Positions 51,769 through 62,458 of a stretch of 64,000 nucleotides of DNA are shown one piece after another. The notes beneath the pieces are model-generated. The model was not told where the DNA came from. It saw nothing but the letters and a program-made list of their open reading frames with translations, and made no database searches. Position numbers and translations under genes: made by a program. Within the stretch, counting starts at the first letter, position 1. Every line of letters starts with the position of its first letter. The stretch is from Candidatus Babeliales bacterium (lineage in GTDB: Bacteria > Babelota > Babeliae > Babelales > JANWKD01): assembly GCA_963722255.1 (NCBI GenBank), contig CAVRJO010000001.1, positions 704,001-768,000 of the forward strand, read 5' to 3'.

Positions 51769-54733
51769 GGTTTGTATAAGTTCTTATTTTAATTTTAATA
51801 TTTTTTTCAACTAACCATGATGCCATAAAAAAATATTTTTGAAATATCAACACTAAAATTCAAAAAATCCCTGTAATGCGCTAAAAAAAGTGATGATTCC
51901 CGTTTATTAATAAAAAAAATCTCACTCAAGTAATTTTTCATCGTCATACTGTTCTCTTAAAAACTATGAAAGAATTTAGGAAAAAAGACTTTCTAGTGCA
52001 GAGGTATGATTAAGCATTTTTTTACATAAACATTCATTTACTCTCTAAGAAGGTTATTTCATGAATAAAAGCATTCATATATTTTTTTTGGCATTCATTG
52101 TTACAATACACGGCTCAATAACATTAAGCATGGAAAGATGGAATGGCGAAACATATAATGGAAAGCCGCTCATCACGGTTAACTGGGGAGAAAAAAAAGA
52201 TCAATCCAATAAACCGCATCATGACTCTCATGATCATGCTATGAAACAAGCGCATGATAGCGCTATAAAAGAACACTTACATAAAGGAATAGGACCAAAA
52301 TCTTCATCTTCAAAAGAATACGATTATTCTACTGATGATAACGATGATGGTAACGATTACGACGACGATGATGATTATGACGATTATTATGAAGAACATT
52401 TAGCATATGAGGCAAGAAGACAAAGGGAAATTGAAGCAACGGAAAAATATTATGAAGAAAATAATATACCATACCTAGAAAATTCAGATGGAACAAAGAC
52501 TTATTTTCCCCCACTCCTCAACACCTATGGTAATGATGGTTCTATGCATACTACAGTTCAATCTAATGAATCACAAAAACCCGTCCAACAAAAAATTGAA
52601 AGCACTGCTTTTTCACCATCTCTTACCAATATTTATAGTACCCATTTACAAGGTAATCAAACTGCAACAACCAATACCTCTTCATCAGATTCAATAGATA
52701 ATTCATCATCGCAACAAATAGAGATTGATGAAAGCGAATTTGAAAGCTACAGTTCGCCTGCGGCAACAAACATACCAAAATCAATTTCAAACAGTCCAAA
52801 AGTATCTAACCCTACAAGACAAATAAACAGAAAATCATTGCCCGCACGATCAAGAAAAAATAATGATACTCCAGAATCATCTTTTGGACTTGATAATAAT
52901 CCTTGGCCAGATCATCTTCTTGAGGAGCAAAGAGCTCAAAGAAAAGCCGCTCGAGATGAAAAAAAACGCTCACGTAGAATGATAGACTTACTTGTAAACG
53001 ATCAATCAATTCCTTCTCATGTAAGGGATGCGTTACATGATATTGTTAAGGCAGATGGTTATTGGGGATGGATTACACCTGACGAAATGCAAAGACGAAT
53101 TCAGCCTATTCGCCAAGATTATAAAAATATTTTGCATCATTTGCGAATACAAGAAAACCTAACTGCTGAACAAATAGAGCAACGAAGAGCATTAGAAGAT
53201 GAACTATTTACCCAAGAAGAGCGAACATTAGTCTATGAAGGTGCATTGAAACAGATTGATAGAAAACGGCAACGTGATATTGATGAAAATATAAATATTT
53301 TGCATATTTTTACTAGTAAATTGCAACAATTAAACAATAAATATGATGCCAGAAAATCAGAATATAAAAGAAATGCATTAGATGCTCTTAGTGAAGGTTA
53401 CAAAAAAGAATATCAAGATAAACAAAGGCAAAAAGAAGAGGAACTCAAAAAATTTCAAGACGAGGCTCTTCAACGACAAAATCAATTGGAGCATCAAAGG
53501 CATGTTCAAAAAATAAACAAAGCTCGCAAAGAAATTGACAGAATATTTAGAGAACAAAAACCAAAACCTTTAGAGGAGCATCCTTCAAATTCATCTGATG
53601 CATTTTTAACCTTTGCAGACATAGAGATCATTATTGAACCTGAACAACGTGATCCTACAATAAATTTAGATGGAATTGATCTTTCTTCAGTTGATTTTGT
53701 TGTCACAACACAAAGCAACGAATTCCTAAAACAGATCGGCATTGATCCTAATGAGTTTAATAATTTTAAAGGAAATGCTAAGCAAAATAAACTTCATAAA
53801 AAACTTTCTAAAGCTATCAAAAATGCTTCTGATCTTGGTATCGAAGTTGCTCCTCATGTTCGCGAAATGCAGCAAGAACTTTTCAAAGCAGCCTATGATT
53901 TAAACACACAAAGTTATACAGAAATTGCACAGGATTTATTAGAATTATGCAACCCATGTACATTAGGATTAGCACTTGGCAAAGAAGTTGCTGATACAGT
54001 TTTATATCCTCTAGAATATATCAAAAGGCGCCTCAATGAAATGCCGGGCATTGCAAAATCACATTTGCCACTCATTGAAAGATATGAAAGGATGCAGGCT
54101 GCAGCAAAAGACATTGCCCAAACAACACAAGAATTAAATGCACAAAATTCCTTTGCATCACAAGCGAAAAATATTGAAAAAAATAATAAACAATTATCAA
54201 TACAAGAACGCCAGCAAATGCTTGCTCAAAACACCATTGATTTCTTTGTAGATTTTTTATTGATAGCGGGAGCAGGCAAAACTTTTGAAGTATCCGGACT
54301 CAATAAAGCGCACAACAATTATAGAATGCGGAATTATTATAGAAAAAAATATCCTTATTATGATATAACCATTGAAGCATTTGACAATCCTAGACCTTCT
54401 CCTGTAAGCCCTACTACTCTTATTGAAGGTGCTGCTGATGGCCAATTACCTGCTGTTGTAGAAAATGCTGTTAATCAAGTGATTAAAGCAATCGAACAAA
54501 AATCAATGCCAATAAGAAGCTCTGAGCCTATTGTTGTTCATCCTGAAGCTCCCACACATACACTGCCAGAAGCTGCTGTTACTGAAAAAGGTTTAGCAGA
54601 AGTATTAGCGGATGTTGGAGAGAAAGAAGCAAGCAATAATATTATTCATTACATGGAGCCTGAAAGTAGAACATTAAAAGTAGTCGATAATGAAGTTTTG
54701 CGTAATACTCGTTCAGGAAGTGCATTAAAACCT

Positions 54734-56183
54734 TGTCAACGCAACGTGAAAAGTTCCGGTATTTAGCAAAGTAAAAAGTTCCTAACATTAAAGCGCCTCC
54801 ACGGCCGGCGCGACCGGCTTCAACCTACTCTCACTAGGGGGCAACCCGCCTGCCCAACGTTGGCTATTTTTTGAAGGCTTTCTTGGTATACAGTCAGATA
54901 TTTTTTTCTCCTGAATTTGGGGGGTTGGTCGTTGGTAGATTTCGCTAAAAGAAAGTTCTGTTTTTCGAATCCACAGTTTTATGGTTCCATTTAAATGTAC
55001 TTTAACAACAATGGTATTTTTTGGAAAAATGATTGTTTTTTGCTGATCGCTTAATTGAAAAATCTGTTTTTGGTAGGTAATAGTAAAATCATTCGTAAGA
55101 ATACGAGTCTCTTGTGTGCTAAATATATCGTTTAAATCAAATGATTGAGCACTAGCATGGGCATCGCCTTCTTGGGCAGCAGGAACTTGAAATGCAGCAT
55201 TATGCTTTGCAATATAATTGCTTGTTCGCAGATAATTATTTGCTTGATCTATTGATGATATCCCAGCAAGTCTCATTTCCTTAATAAGGCGATCTTGAAG
55301 GGTTTGATTGCAACGTTCAACGCGGCCCTTTGCCTGAGGACTATTGGCATGTATAACATCAATTCCCAAATCTTTACAAGCGCGCTCCCATTGGGTCTTT
55401 TTAATATTTTCTTGATTACTCAAATTAACATGGAAAACAGAACCGTGGTCAGTATAAAAAGTTTGAGGAATCCCATATTTTTCAACGTAATTTTTAGTTG
55501 CGGTCATTAAAGCATGCATCGATTCAGAAGGGGCAAACTCAAGCCAAAGGATTTGGCCAGTAGCATCGTCAATAAAAACAAGTAAGGTACATACCCCAGC
55601 ACGCCCTTCAAACCAGTCATGTGGAGAGCCATCAAGCTGAATCATTATGCCAAACATACGCCTTCTTTCTCGTCGCTTGCGATGCTTGCTGCGCTGTTTT
55701 TTAGGTTGCCATATTCCTGCCTTAATCATGACCTTTCTAACAGCTTCTCGACTTATCTTTATTCCATGCAACTCTTTAAGTTTTTCAGCCGCAAAGGTTG
55801 GCCCAAAGCCTTGCCAATCGCTTTCTAACAATGAGATTAACAATCGTTCTTCTCCTTGATCCCATCTATTTGGGCTTTCTTTTCCCCTATTGCCATGTAC
55901 AAGGCCAAAGTCGTCAGATTCACAATATCTTCCATATTTTTCTCTGACCCACCGCTCTGTAAATCTCAGACGGGCTGCAGCCTCTGCCTGTGTCATTTTT
56001 CCTTCTTTAACCTGAACAAACACTTTTGCCTGTTCTCGTTCTTTGCGATTCATGGTAATATATTCCATATAAGTTCCGTTGCATTTTTAGAGTTTTTCTT
56101 TTTGTTTACAAGATTAAGTTTACCCTAAAAACCGGAACTTTTTACTTTGCGCTATAATAGGAACTTATCACTTTGCGCTAACA
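54734..56183 (-). mobile_element. IS1202-family (ISNCY) insertion sequence, 1450 bp, 17-bp target duplication
   Basis: TGT...ACA ends with repeated aaagttcc boxes; gaagtgcattaaaacct at 54717-54733 and 56184-56200. Confidence 0.93.
54788..56068 (-). CDS. DDE transposase, IS1202/ISNCY
   Basis: IQLDGSPHDWFEGR; FIDDATG; YTDHGSVF; SPQAKGRVERCNQTLQDRL. Confidence 0.95.
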   Translation of the reverse strand: MEYITMNRKEREQAKVFVQVKEGKMTQAEAAARLRFTERWVREKYGRYCESDDFGLVHGNRGKESPNRWDQGEERLLISLLESDWQGFGPTFAAEKLKELHGIKISREAVRKVMIKAGIWQPKKQRSKHRKRRERRRMFGIMIQLDGSPHDWFEGRAGVCTLLVFIDDATGQILWLEFAPSESMHALMTATKNYVEKYGIPQTFYTDHGSVFHVNLSNQENIKKTQWERACKDLGIDVIHANSPQAKGRVERCNQTLQDRLIKEMRLAGISSIDQANNYLRTSNYIAKHNAAFQVPAAQEGDAHASAQSFDLNDIFSTQETRILTNDFTITYQKQIFQLSDQQKTIIFPKNTIVVKVHLNGTIKLWIRKTELSFSEIYQRPTPQIQEKKISDCIPRKPSKNSQRWAGGLPPSESRLKPVAPAVEAL

Positions 56184-56438
56184 GAAGTGCATTAAAACCT
56201 GATGCACATCATGCTTTTTCTGATATAATAGATCACTATGTTGAACACGCTGAAAAATTTAATTTATTCGATACTGAAAGAATAAAAAAAACTTTATATC
56301 AAATAGAAGGATCATTGAATGGCGTTGATGGGGTTTTTGAATGGATAGTTCATCCAGATCCATCAAAGGGTGTGACACATCGATTGTTTATTAAAAACGG
56401 AAAAATAACAGGAAAACCAAATATTTGGCCAACGAAAA

Positions 56439-56972
56439 ATGATTAAATTAACTTTTTTTGAAAAATATAATATTCCCATCTCATGGGGCACTATTATTGT
56501 GGGTAGAAAATTAAAACTTGTAAACAATGCATTCATTGAAGATTTTGCAACGAAATGCTTAATTCAAAACGATAAACTTAATAATCCTAACATTATTGAA
56601 TTAGCATATGGTATCAAGGATGATTATCTAATTAATCAGTTATTAGAAAAAATTGTTCATGATCTAAAAATATCTTTAGAAGAAAATGATGAAATTTGGA
56701 ATATAGAAAAAAGAAAATGGCGATTCATGGTATCACATGAAATACTTAATAAAAATTATTCCAATAAAAAAATTTTAGAAGCGATCGAAAGTGTTTATTG
56801 GGATTTCGATCATCCTAAAGAAATGAATGAATTTTTAATTTTTATGTCTCATGATCCTATTGAGGGATATGATTTTCAAAAGCATTCTGCCGAAGAAAAT
56901 TTTGCCTTCATGGTACAACGTTTTAAAAAGTTTCTTCTACAAGAGCAACAAGTATTATCTACACATAATTAA
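56439..56972 (+). CDS. Putative immunity protein (DUF2247-like)
   Basis: Start overlaps toxin stop by 8 nt; ISW...G, KWRF, IESVYWDFDHPKEM. Confidence 0.7.
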   Translation: MIKLTFFEKYNIPISWGTIIVGRKLKLVNNAFIEDFATKCLIQNDKLNNPNIIELAYGIKDDYLINQLLEKIVHDLKISLEENDEIWNIEKRKWRFMVSHEILNKNYSNKKILEAIESVYWDFDHPKEMNEFLIFMSHDPIEGYDFQKHSAEENFAFMVQRFKKFLLQEQQVLSTHN

Positions 56973-57022
56973 AATATAAAGAAACCATCTACAATGAGCA
57001 AATTAAAAAAGTGGTTACCACA

Positions 57023-57641
57023 ATAAATTTCACCCGCAGCAAGCAGCGGGGTATTGAATTTTTTTAAGGATTTCTATCTACATGAAGAACATCTGACCCA
57101 GATCTCTTGGCGTACGAGTAGGGTCTTTTTTGTGCAACATCATGTAATCCCTTCCCTGGTTTTTTACGTATTCTGCCACTCGTTTTTCGCTTCCATGCTT
57201 ACTTACCGTGTTTACGAAATATCCATCAGACCAAAATTCTCCACCCCATAGCTGCCTCTTTACTTCGGGAACTCGTTTGAAAATTTCCCGCGCCGTTATA
57301 CTTTTTATTTTTCTAATGATATTCGTAGGACTATACGTCGGTACGGACTGCACAAGAAAATGAACGTGATCCCCATCTGTTCCTATTTCTAGAAACTCTA
57401 TCTGATAACGTTTTTCTATCTCAAGACACACCAACCTCAATACTTTGTCTACTTCCTCTGTAAAAACCGCTCGCCTATATTTTGCTGGACAAACTATATG
57501 ATACATCAGAACCGATACATTGTGACTTTTGTGTATAAACCTACTTAATTTACTCATTCTCCCAATTTATCAGGACTTTTTATTTATTCCATTTTTTTAT
57601 CTGACTACGCGGCAAGCCGCGGGGAATTGCACCCGTAGAGA
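57023..57641 (-). mobile_element. IS200/IS605-family IS, copy 2
   Basis: Near-identical to copy 1 (two substitutions and one T-run indel seen). Confidence 0.92.
57078..57557 (-). CDS. tnpA: IS200 Y1 transposase
   Basis: Protein identical to 14234-14713. Confidence 0.97.
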   Translation of the reverse strand: MSKLSRFIHKSHNVSVLMYHIVCPAKYRRAVFTEEVDKVLRLVCLEIEKRYQIEFLEIGTDGDHVHFLVQSVPTYSPTNIIRKIKSITAREIFKRVPEVKRQLWGGEFWSDGYFVNTVSKHGSEKRVAEYVKNQGRDYMMLHKKDPTRTPRDLGQMFFM

Positions 57642-59384
57642 TTAAAGATAGAGCAGATAGTAGAAGATATTCTTCTTAATGATCCAAATATCACTACCTT
57701 TTTGCGAGAACAACGTATTATTCTGTATGATGAAATTATTTTTAATAATATCAACAATAAAACAGAACTCAACTCGAGACTCATTACATTTCTTGATGGT
57801 CTAAACGCTGATGTCTTTATTCCAATCTATCGTAATAATACACTTATATCTTTTATAATTATTGAGCGTAATGCTCGTCAAAACCTTTTATTTAGTGACA
57901 TTGAATGCGATGAGATGATTCTTTATGCTGCTAGCTTAGAAAATGTGATTAATATTTTTCAAAATCACAGCCTTGCAACTGTCGCTGAACGTGAAAAAAA
58001 ATTACAAGAAGAGCTTTTCTTAAAACATCAAGAAATCAATCAATTTAAAGAAGCCTTAGAAACGTTTCATCAATCAGAAAAACAGCACAAAATTGGAATT
58101 TTTTCCTATACCTCATATAATCAATTTGTCTACATAAATCAAGACATAAAAGACATTATAACCATCGACCTTAATGCCTATAAAGGACATCGATTAACCA
58201 AAGAATTTCAAGAAATTGCAAGCGAAGTTCTTCGCTATAAAACAACTAAAACAAAACAGACCTGGGATGAACGAGGAGCAAAAATTATTGTCCGAGCTGT
58301 TCCCTTTCTTGAAAAAAACAATGTCTTGCTAATAGTCTATTATCCACATGTATTTGATTTTATTAAACAAGTGCAAGCATGCTTAGGCAAACCAACAGAG
58401 CTTGATTATTTACTTTATTTAGAAACAACACAAGCGGGACAGCTTATACATAAACTCATGCCAAGTGCCAGTCCAAGTTTAATAAACTTTAAAATACAGC
58501 TGCTTAAACTTGCTTTAAGTAAACGCGCATTGCTCATTGATGTTCCTGATGATGATCTTGAGACGATGGTGCATATTTTACATAAAATCAGCATGCGAGA
58601 TTCCTTAAAATCTTTAAAACTCACCTCAGAGTCCGATATGTATATGGTTGCTAAAAGTTTATTTGGTGTTAACACATTGTATGAATCAACCAATGAAATT
58701 AATCGAGAAAAACCTTTACTTGAAACATTGCATAATAATGGAACACTTTTTATACAAAATATTCATATAGCGAGTTTAGAAATCCAAGAAATGTTAGCTG
58801 AGTATATAAAATATGGTTATTACCGTATCTATAAAAGTGATCAACGGGTCGCAAGCTCTGTACGAATTCTTTGTTCAAGCCACCAAAATTTAGCACAACT
58901 TGTTCAAGAAAATAAGTTTTCAAAAGCATTATTTCACGAATTAAATCAAGCCCATTTAACTATGCCTTCTCTTGCTGAATTAACTTCTGAAGAATATCGC
59001 ACTCTTATTGAATCATTTTCTGAACAGACCTTAGCAACATCCTGCATTAAAGACCTTCTTAAGTTTACCGATTCTGAAATTAATAATCTCAATGCCGATA
59101 AACCGCTGAGCTTAAAGGAGTTGCGATCTAAAATAGAACTTATGCTCAAGAAAAAATCTGAACATAAAGATTTACCACTAAAAAATATGCACTTTGATAC
59201 AACGCTTACCTTTGAAGAGCCTGAATTTATGCATGCGGCACAACTTGGCAAAAAAGCACTCAAGGATCCCAAATTATTGGGAATGCTCCTAAAAAGATTC
59301 AAATCTCAAACAAAAGTTGCAGAGTTTTTGGGCGTTGATCGATCGGCTGTTTATAAACGGCTCAAACGTTTTGACCTTTTATAA
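57642..59384 (+). pseudogene. 5'-truncated regulator with degenerate sigma54-activator-like domain and C-terminal HTH
   Basis: NGTLFIQNI, VRILCSSHQNL, SQTKVAEFLGVDRSAVYKR; frame is open right up to the IS end. Confidence 0.75.
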
Positions 59385-59398
59385 AAGCATAATACCAA

Positions 59399-60199
59399 CT
59401 ATTCAAAATAAGTTGCAAAGAGATCTGCATGTTTTTTTACAAACTCTATGCGCTTTTCTATGATATCCCAATCTAATGCTTGCCAAAAAACATCTAAATA
59501 AGGGACTCTTTTGATACCAAAATCGATCATATACGCATGCTCATACACATCCAATACAACTAGGGGAATTACTAACATAGGGACCATTTGATTATGTGTA
59601 TCAAGAACAAAATTATACACTCTGCCATCATCAAGAGCATACCCGGTAATTGCCCAACCTCGTGCCGATTGTGCTGCTGCAAAAAGGTCAGCTTTATATG
59701 CTTCAAGCGAACCAAAGTTTTCTTTTATAAGTTGCGCAGTATTTTCACCAATAGTTGTTGATTTGGGAGTCAAATTCTGAAAATAAAGTCTATGCAAAAT
59801 ATCGCCATTCATTGCAAATGTTTCTGCTAATTTTAACCCACGATAGGGAGAATTAGTTACATTGTTTGCTTTTGATCGATCTGCACTTGCTAACTGCTGA
59901 GCAATTTCATTCCGTTTTGTCACATAGCCTCGATAGAGTTGCTCATGTTCTTCAATCTGCTTAGTGCTTAGTCCCTTAAGTTTGCCGCTCAGATCAAATG
60001 AAAGGGGTTTATGCTCAAAAAATGGCAATGCATCTGAGCTATTTGGAACACTGTCTTGCGAAACTACTTTATGCGTATTAGCTTCGATTTTTACCACAGA
60101 TACCGGTTCTCTTTTTTGTATAAAGAAATGCTGATAAATTCTAAAAAACCCATAGATAGCTATAAGTATAAAAAGCGCACTATATATATTTTTGTTCAT
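59399..60199 (-). CDS. Fe/Mn superoxide dismutase with N-terminal membrane anchor
   Basis: EEH..LY.GYV; LHRLYFQNL; RGWA; LDVYEHAYMIDFG. Confidence 0.9.
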   Translation of the reverse strand: MNKNIYSALFILIAIYGFFRIYQHFFIQKREPVSVVKIEANTHKVVSQDSVPNSSDALPFFEHKPLSFDLSGKLKGLSTKQIEEHEQLYRGYVTKRNEIAQQLASADRSKANNVTNSPYRGLKLAETFAMNGDILHRLYFQNLTPKSTTIGENTAQLIKENFGSLEAYKADLFAAAQSARGWAITGYALDDGRVYNFVLDTHNQMVPMLVIPLVVLDVYEHAYMIDFGIKRVPYLDVFWQALDWDIIEKRIEFVKKHADLFATYFE

Positions 60200-60480
60200 T
60201 GAAAAGTTCCTTTTTTTATGAATAGTATTAACCAAAAATGAGTAGATCAATTCTTAAGAGAGCACCAATTAAAAAAGAAAGTGCAATAATTATACCGGTA
60301 ATAACAACCAGTTTTTTATTCATCATTGATTAATCCTTTAGGCATGAAAACTTACTAAACCGTACCATACATCATAACTCTTGAGCTAGAGTTTGTAATC
60401 TCGAATTTTTGTAAATAGTTATTTCTCTGCTATAATTGTTGCAGATATTAAATTATTTATTGAAAACACAGATGAGCCTT

Positions 60481-61038
60481 GTGAAGAAATATATCATTGC
60501 CCTATTATTTATAACTATTTATATACCTGCATGTTTTTCAATGGAATCATTGAAAGCATCATTAAAAATTGCTGCCTTGCCTGTCCTTGCTTCAATGACA
60601 CCACACATAGTCGGAACATTTTTGCAAAATTCAGCTACACAATCAACAGCTTCTCTATCTTCAATTTTATTTCACTCACTCAAAATGAACATAATCCCAG
60701 CTTTTGTGTCGGGGCTTCTCGTTGCAGGAGCATCTCGCATTGGAACTTGGCCACAACTCAACTTTACTGATATATCTAACCCTTTAAAAAAAATGTTAGG
60801 CACTACAATATTCATTTCTGCATTAATTGGAATTGCTCAATATAATCAAGAATACAATGAAAAAGAGTTTCAAAAAGCACTGAGCATAGAACATAAACTA
60901 TATCATTTATCTGAAAAGCAAAAATGCGCACTCTTAGGAACTTTAGCATCACTTTGTTTACAATCACAAATTATTGTCCCCTTAGGTAGCGCGGCACTAT
61001 CGCTTTATATACTTGGCACACGATATTCTATGTGCTAA
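60481..61038 (+). CDS. Membrane protein family member 4
   Basis: Signal CFS-MES; ASRIGTWPQLNF motif shared with the 25-27 kb array. Confidence 0.75.
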   Translation: MKKYIIALLFITIYIPACFSMESLKASLKIAALPVLASMTPHIVGTFLQNSATQSTASLSSILFHSLKMNIIPAFVSGLLVAGASRIGTWPQLNFTDISNPLKKMLGTTIFISALIGIAQYNQEYNEKEFQKALSIEHKLYHLSEKQKCALLGTLASLCLQSQIIVPLGSAALSLYILGTRYSMC

Positions 61039-61166
61039 ATCTTTTGTCCACATAGCAAGAATGCTTACGATTTTCAGAATTCTTATAAATTTATATGTTC
61101 AATGATTGTAAAAAAACCAACTTCCTTGTAAAATTTAAATTAAATTCAAGATTTTCAAGGAGTTTT

Positions 61167-62339
61167 ATGAAAAGATCTCGTTATTTGGATGAAATTACTA
61201 CTCAATTTCGCGTACATTCAGTGTGCGCTATTCTGGGGCCTCGTCAGGTTGGTAAAACAACACTCGCAAAGATGTTTGTTGCAGAATTTTTTCCCGAAGA
61301 AGCTTATTTCTTTGATCTTGAAAATCCTTTGGATTTAGCTCGATTAGAAAATCCGATGCTAACCTTTGAAAATATAACAAAAAAAATTATTGTTATTGAT
61401 GAAATTCAAAGGCGACCTGAACTTTTTCCTATTTTACGAGTTCTTGTTGATAGAGAAGATAAAAAATATAAATTCTTAATTCTAGGAAGCGCCTCAAGAG
61501 AACTCATTCAACAATCATCTGAAACATTAGCCGGACGAATTGGCTATATTGAACTCCCTCCATTTTCATTATTTGAAACAAAAAACAGCAAACAATTGTG
61601 GTCACGAGGAGGATTTCCTCGATCATACTTAGCTGAGACTGAAACTGATAGTTATATCTGGCGACAAAGTTACATAACAACATTTTTGGAACGCGATATT
61701 CCAACATTCGGTTTTAATGTTCCAGCATTACAAATGAGACGTTTTTGGTTAATGCTTGCTCACTATCATGGCCAAATTTTTAATGCAAATGAACTTGCGC
61801 GATCACTTGCCATTTCAGATCATATAGTCCGCAAATATCTTGATATATTAGCCGGTACTTTTATGGTACGCATAGTTCCTGCTTGGTTTGAAAATTTACA
61901 AAAAAGACAGGTAAAATCTCCAAAAATCTATTTTCGAGACAGCGGCATTTTAAATGCTCTCTTGGGCATCACCGATGAAATGCAGTTACAAGCATATCCA
62001 AAATTAGGTGCATTCTGGGAAGGGTTCGCATTAGAAGAGATAATCAGAATTTTTGAAGCTGCTCCCGGAGAAGCATATTTCTGGTCAACGCAAAGTGATG
62101 CAGAGCTTGATTTATTGATACTTAAAAATGGCAAGCGTTTGGGCTTTGAATTTAAATATATGGATGCACCTAAAATAACCAAATCTATGCGGATTGCGCT
62201 TGAAGATCTTTCTCTTGATCATCTTATTGTTATGTATCCCGGAACTGAGATTTTTCCTATGGATAAAAAGATAACAGCCTTTGGATTAGAAACCATTGCA
62301 AACAATAGTTTTCTTAAAAATATAGATACTTTATCCTAA
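61167..62339 (+). CDS. AAA_14 ATPase with DUF4143 / PD-(D/E)xK-like C-terminus
   Basis: GPRQVGKT, IDEIQ, LGSAS, LAGR, RGGFP, KSPKIYFRDSG, ELDLL, FEFK. Confidence 0.92.
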   Translation: MKRSRYLDEITTQFRVHSVCAILGPRQVGKTTLAKMFVAEFFPEEAYFFDLENPLDLARLENPMLTFENITKKIIVIDEIQRRPELFPILRVLVDREDKKYKFLILGSASRELIQQSSETLAGRIGYIELPPFSLFETKNSKQLWSRGGFPRSYLAETETDSYIWRQSYITTFLERDIPTFGFNVPALQMRRFWLMLAHYHGQIFNANELARSLAISDHIVRKYLDILAGTFMVRIVPAWFENLQKRQVKSPKIYFRDSGILNALLGITDEMQLQAYPKLGAFWEGFALEEIIRIFEAAPGEAYFWSTQSDAELDLLILKNGKRLGFEFKYMDAPKITKSMRIALEDLSLDHLIVMYPGTEIFPMDKKITAFGLETIANNSFLKNIDTLS

Positions 62340-62351
62340 TTTTGTAAAATC

Positions 62352-62414
62352 TACCATTTGGTGGTAGAATATTTACCACCAAATGGTAGAAATTCTACCA
62401 CAAAATGGTATAAT
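62352..62414. promoter_or_regulatory. Three TACCA-N5-TGGTA palindromes at 22-bp period overlapping a TATAAT box
   Basis: Units start at 62352, 62374 and 62396; tataat at 62409-62414. Confidence 0.75.
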
Positions 62415-62458
62415 CTTAAATAAAAGATATAAATTTAATTAAATTAGAGGGAAAAAGT

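Larger units (their letters stand above)
52061..56446 (+). pseudogene. Secreted polymorphic-toxin-like protein (972 aa if rejoined) interrupted by an IS
   Basis: Frames rejoin as RSGSALKP-DAHHAFSDIIDHY; C-terminal LYQIEGSLNG..GVFEWIV...VTHRLFI...ITGKPN. Confidence 0.8.

Noticed and set aside
52330..52400. GAT/GAC trinucleotide-like repeat
   Set aside because: It simply encodes the Asp/Tyr-rich tract of the toxin-like protein.
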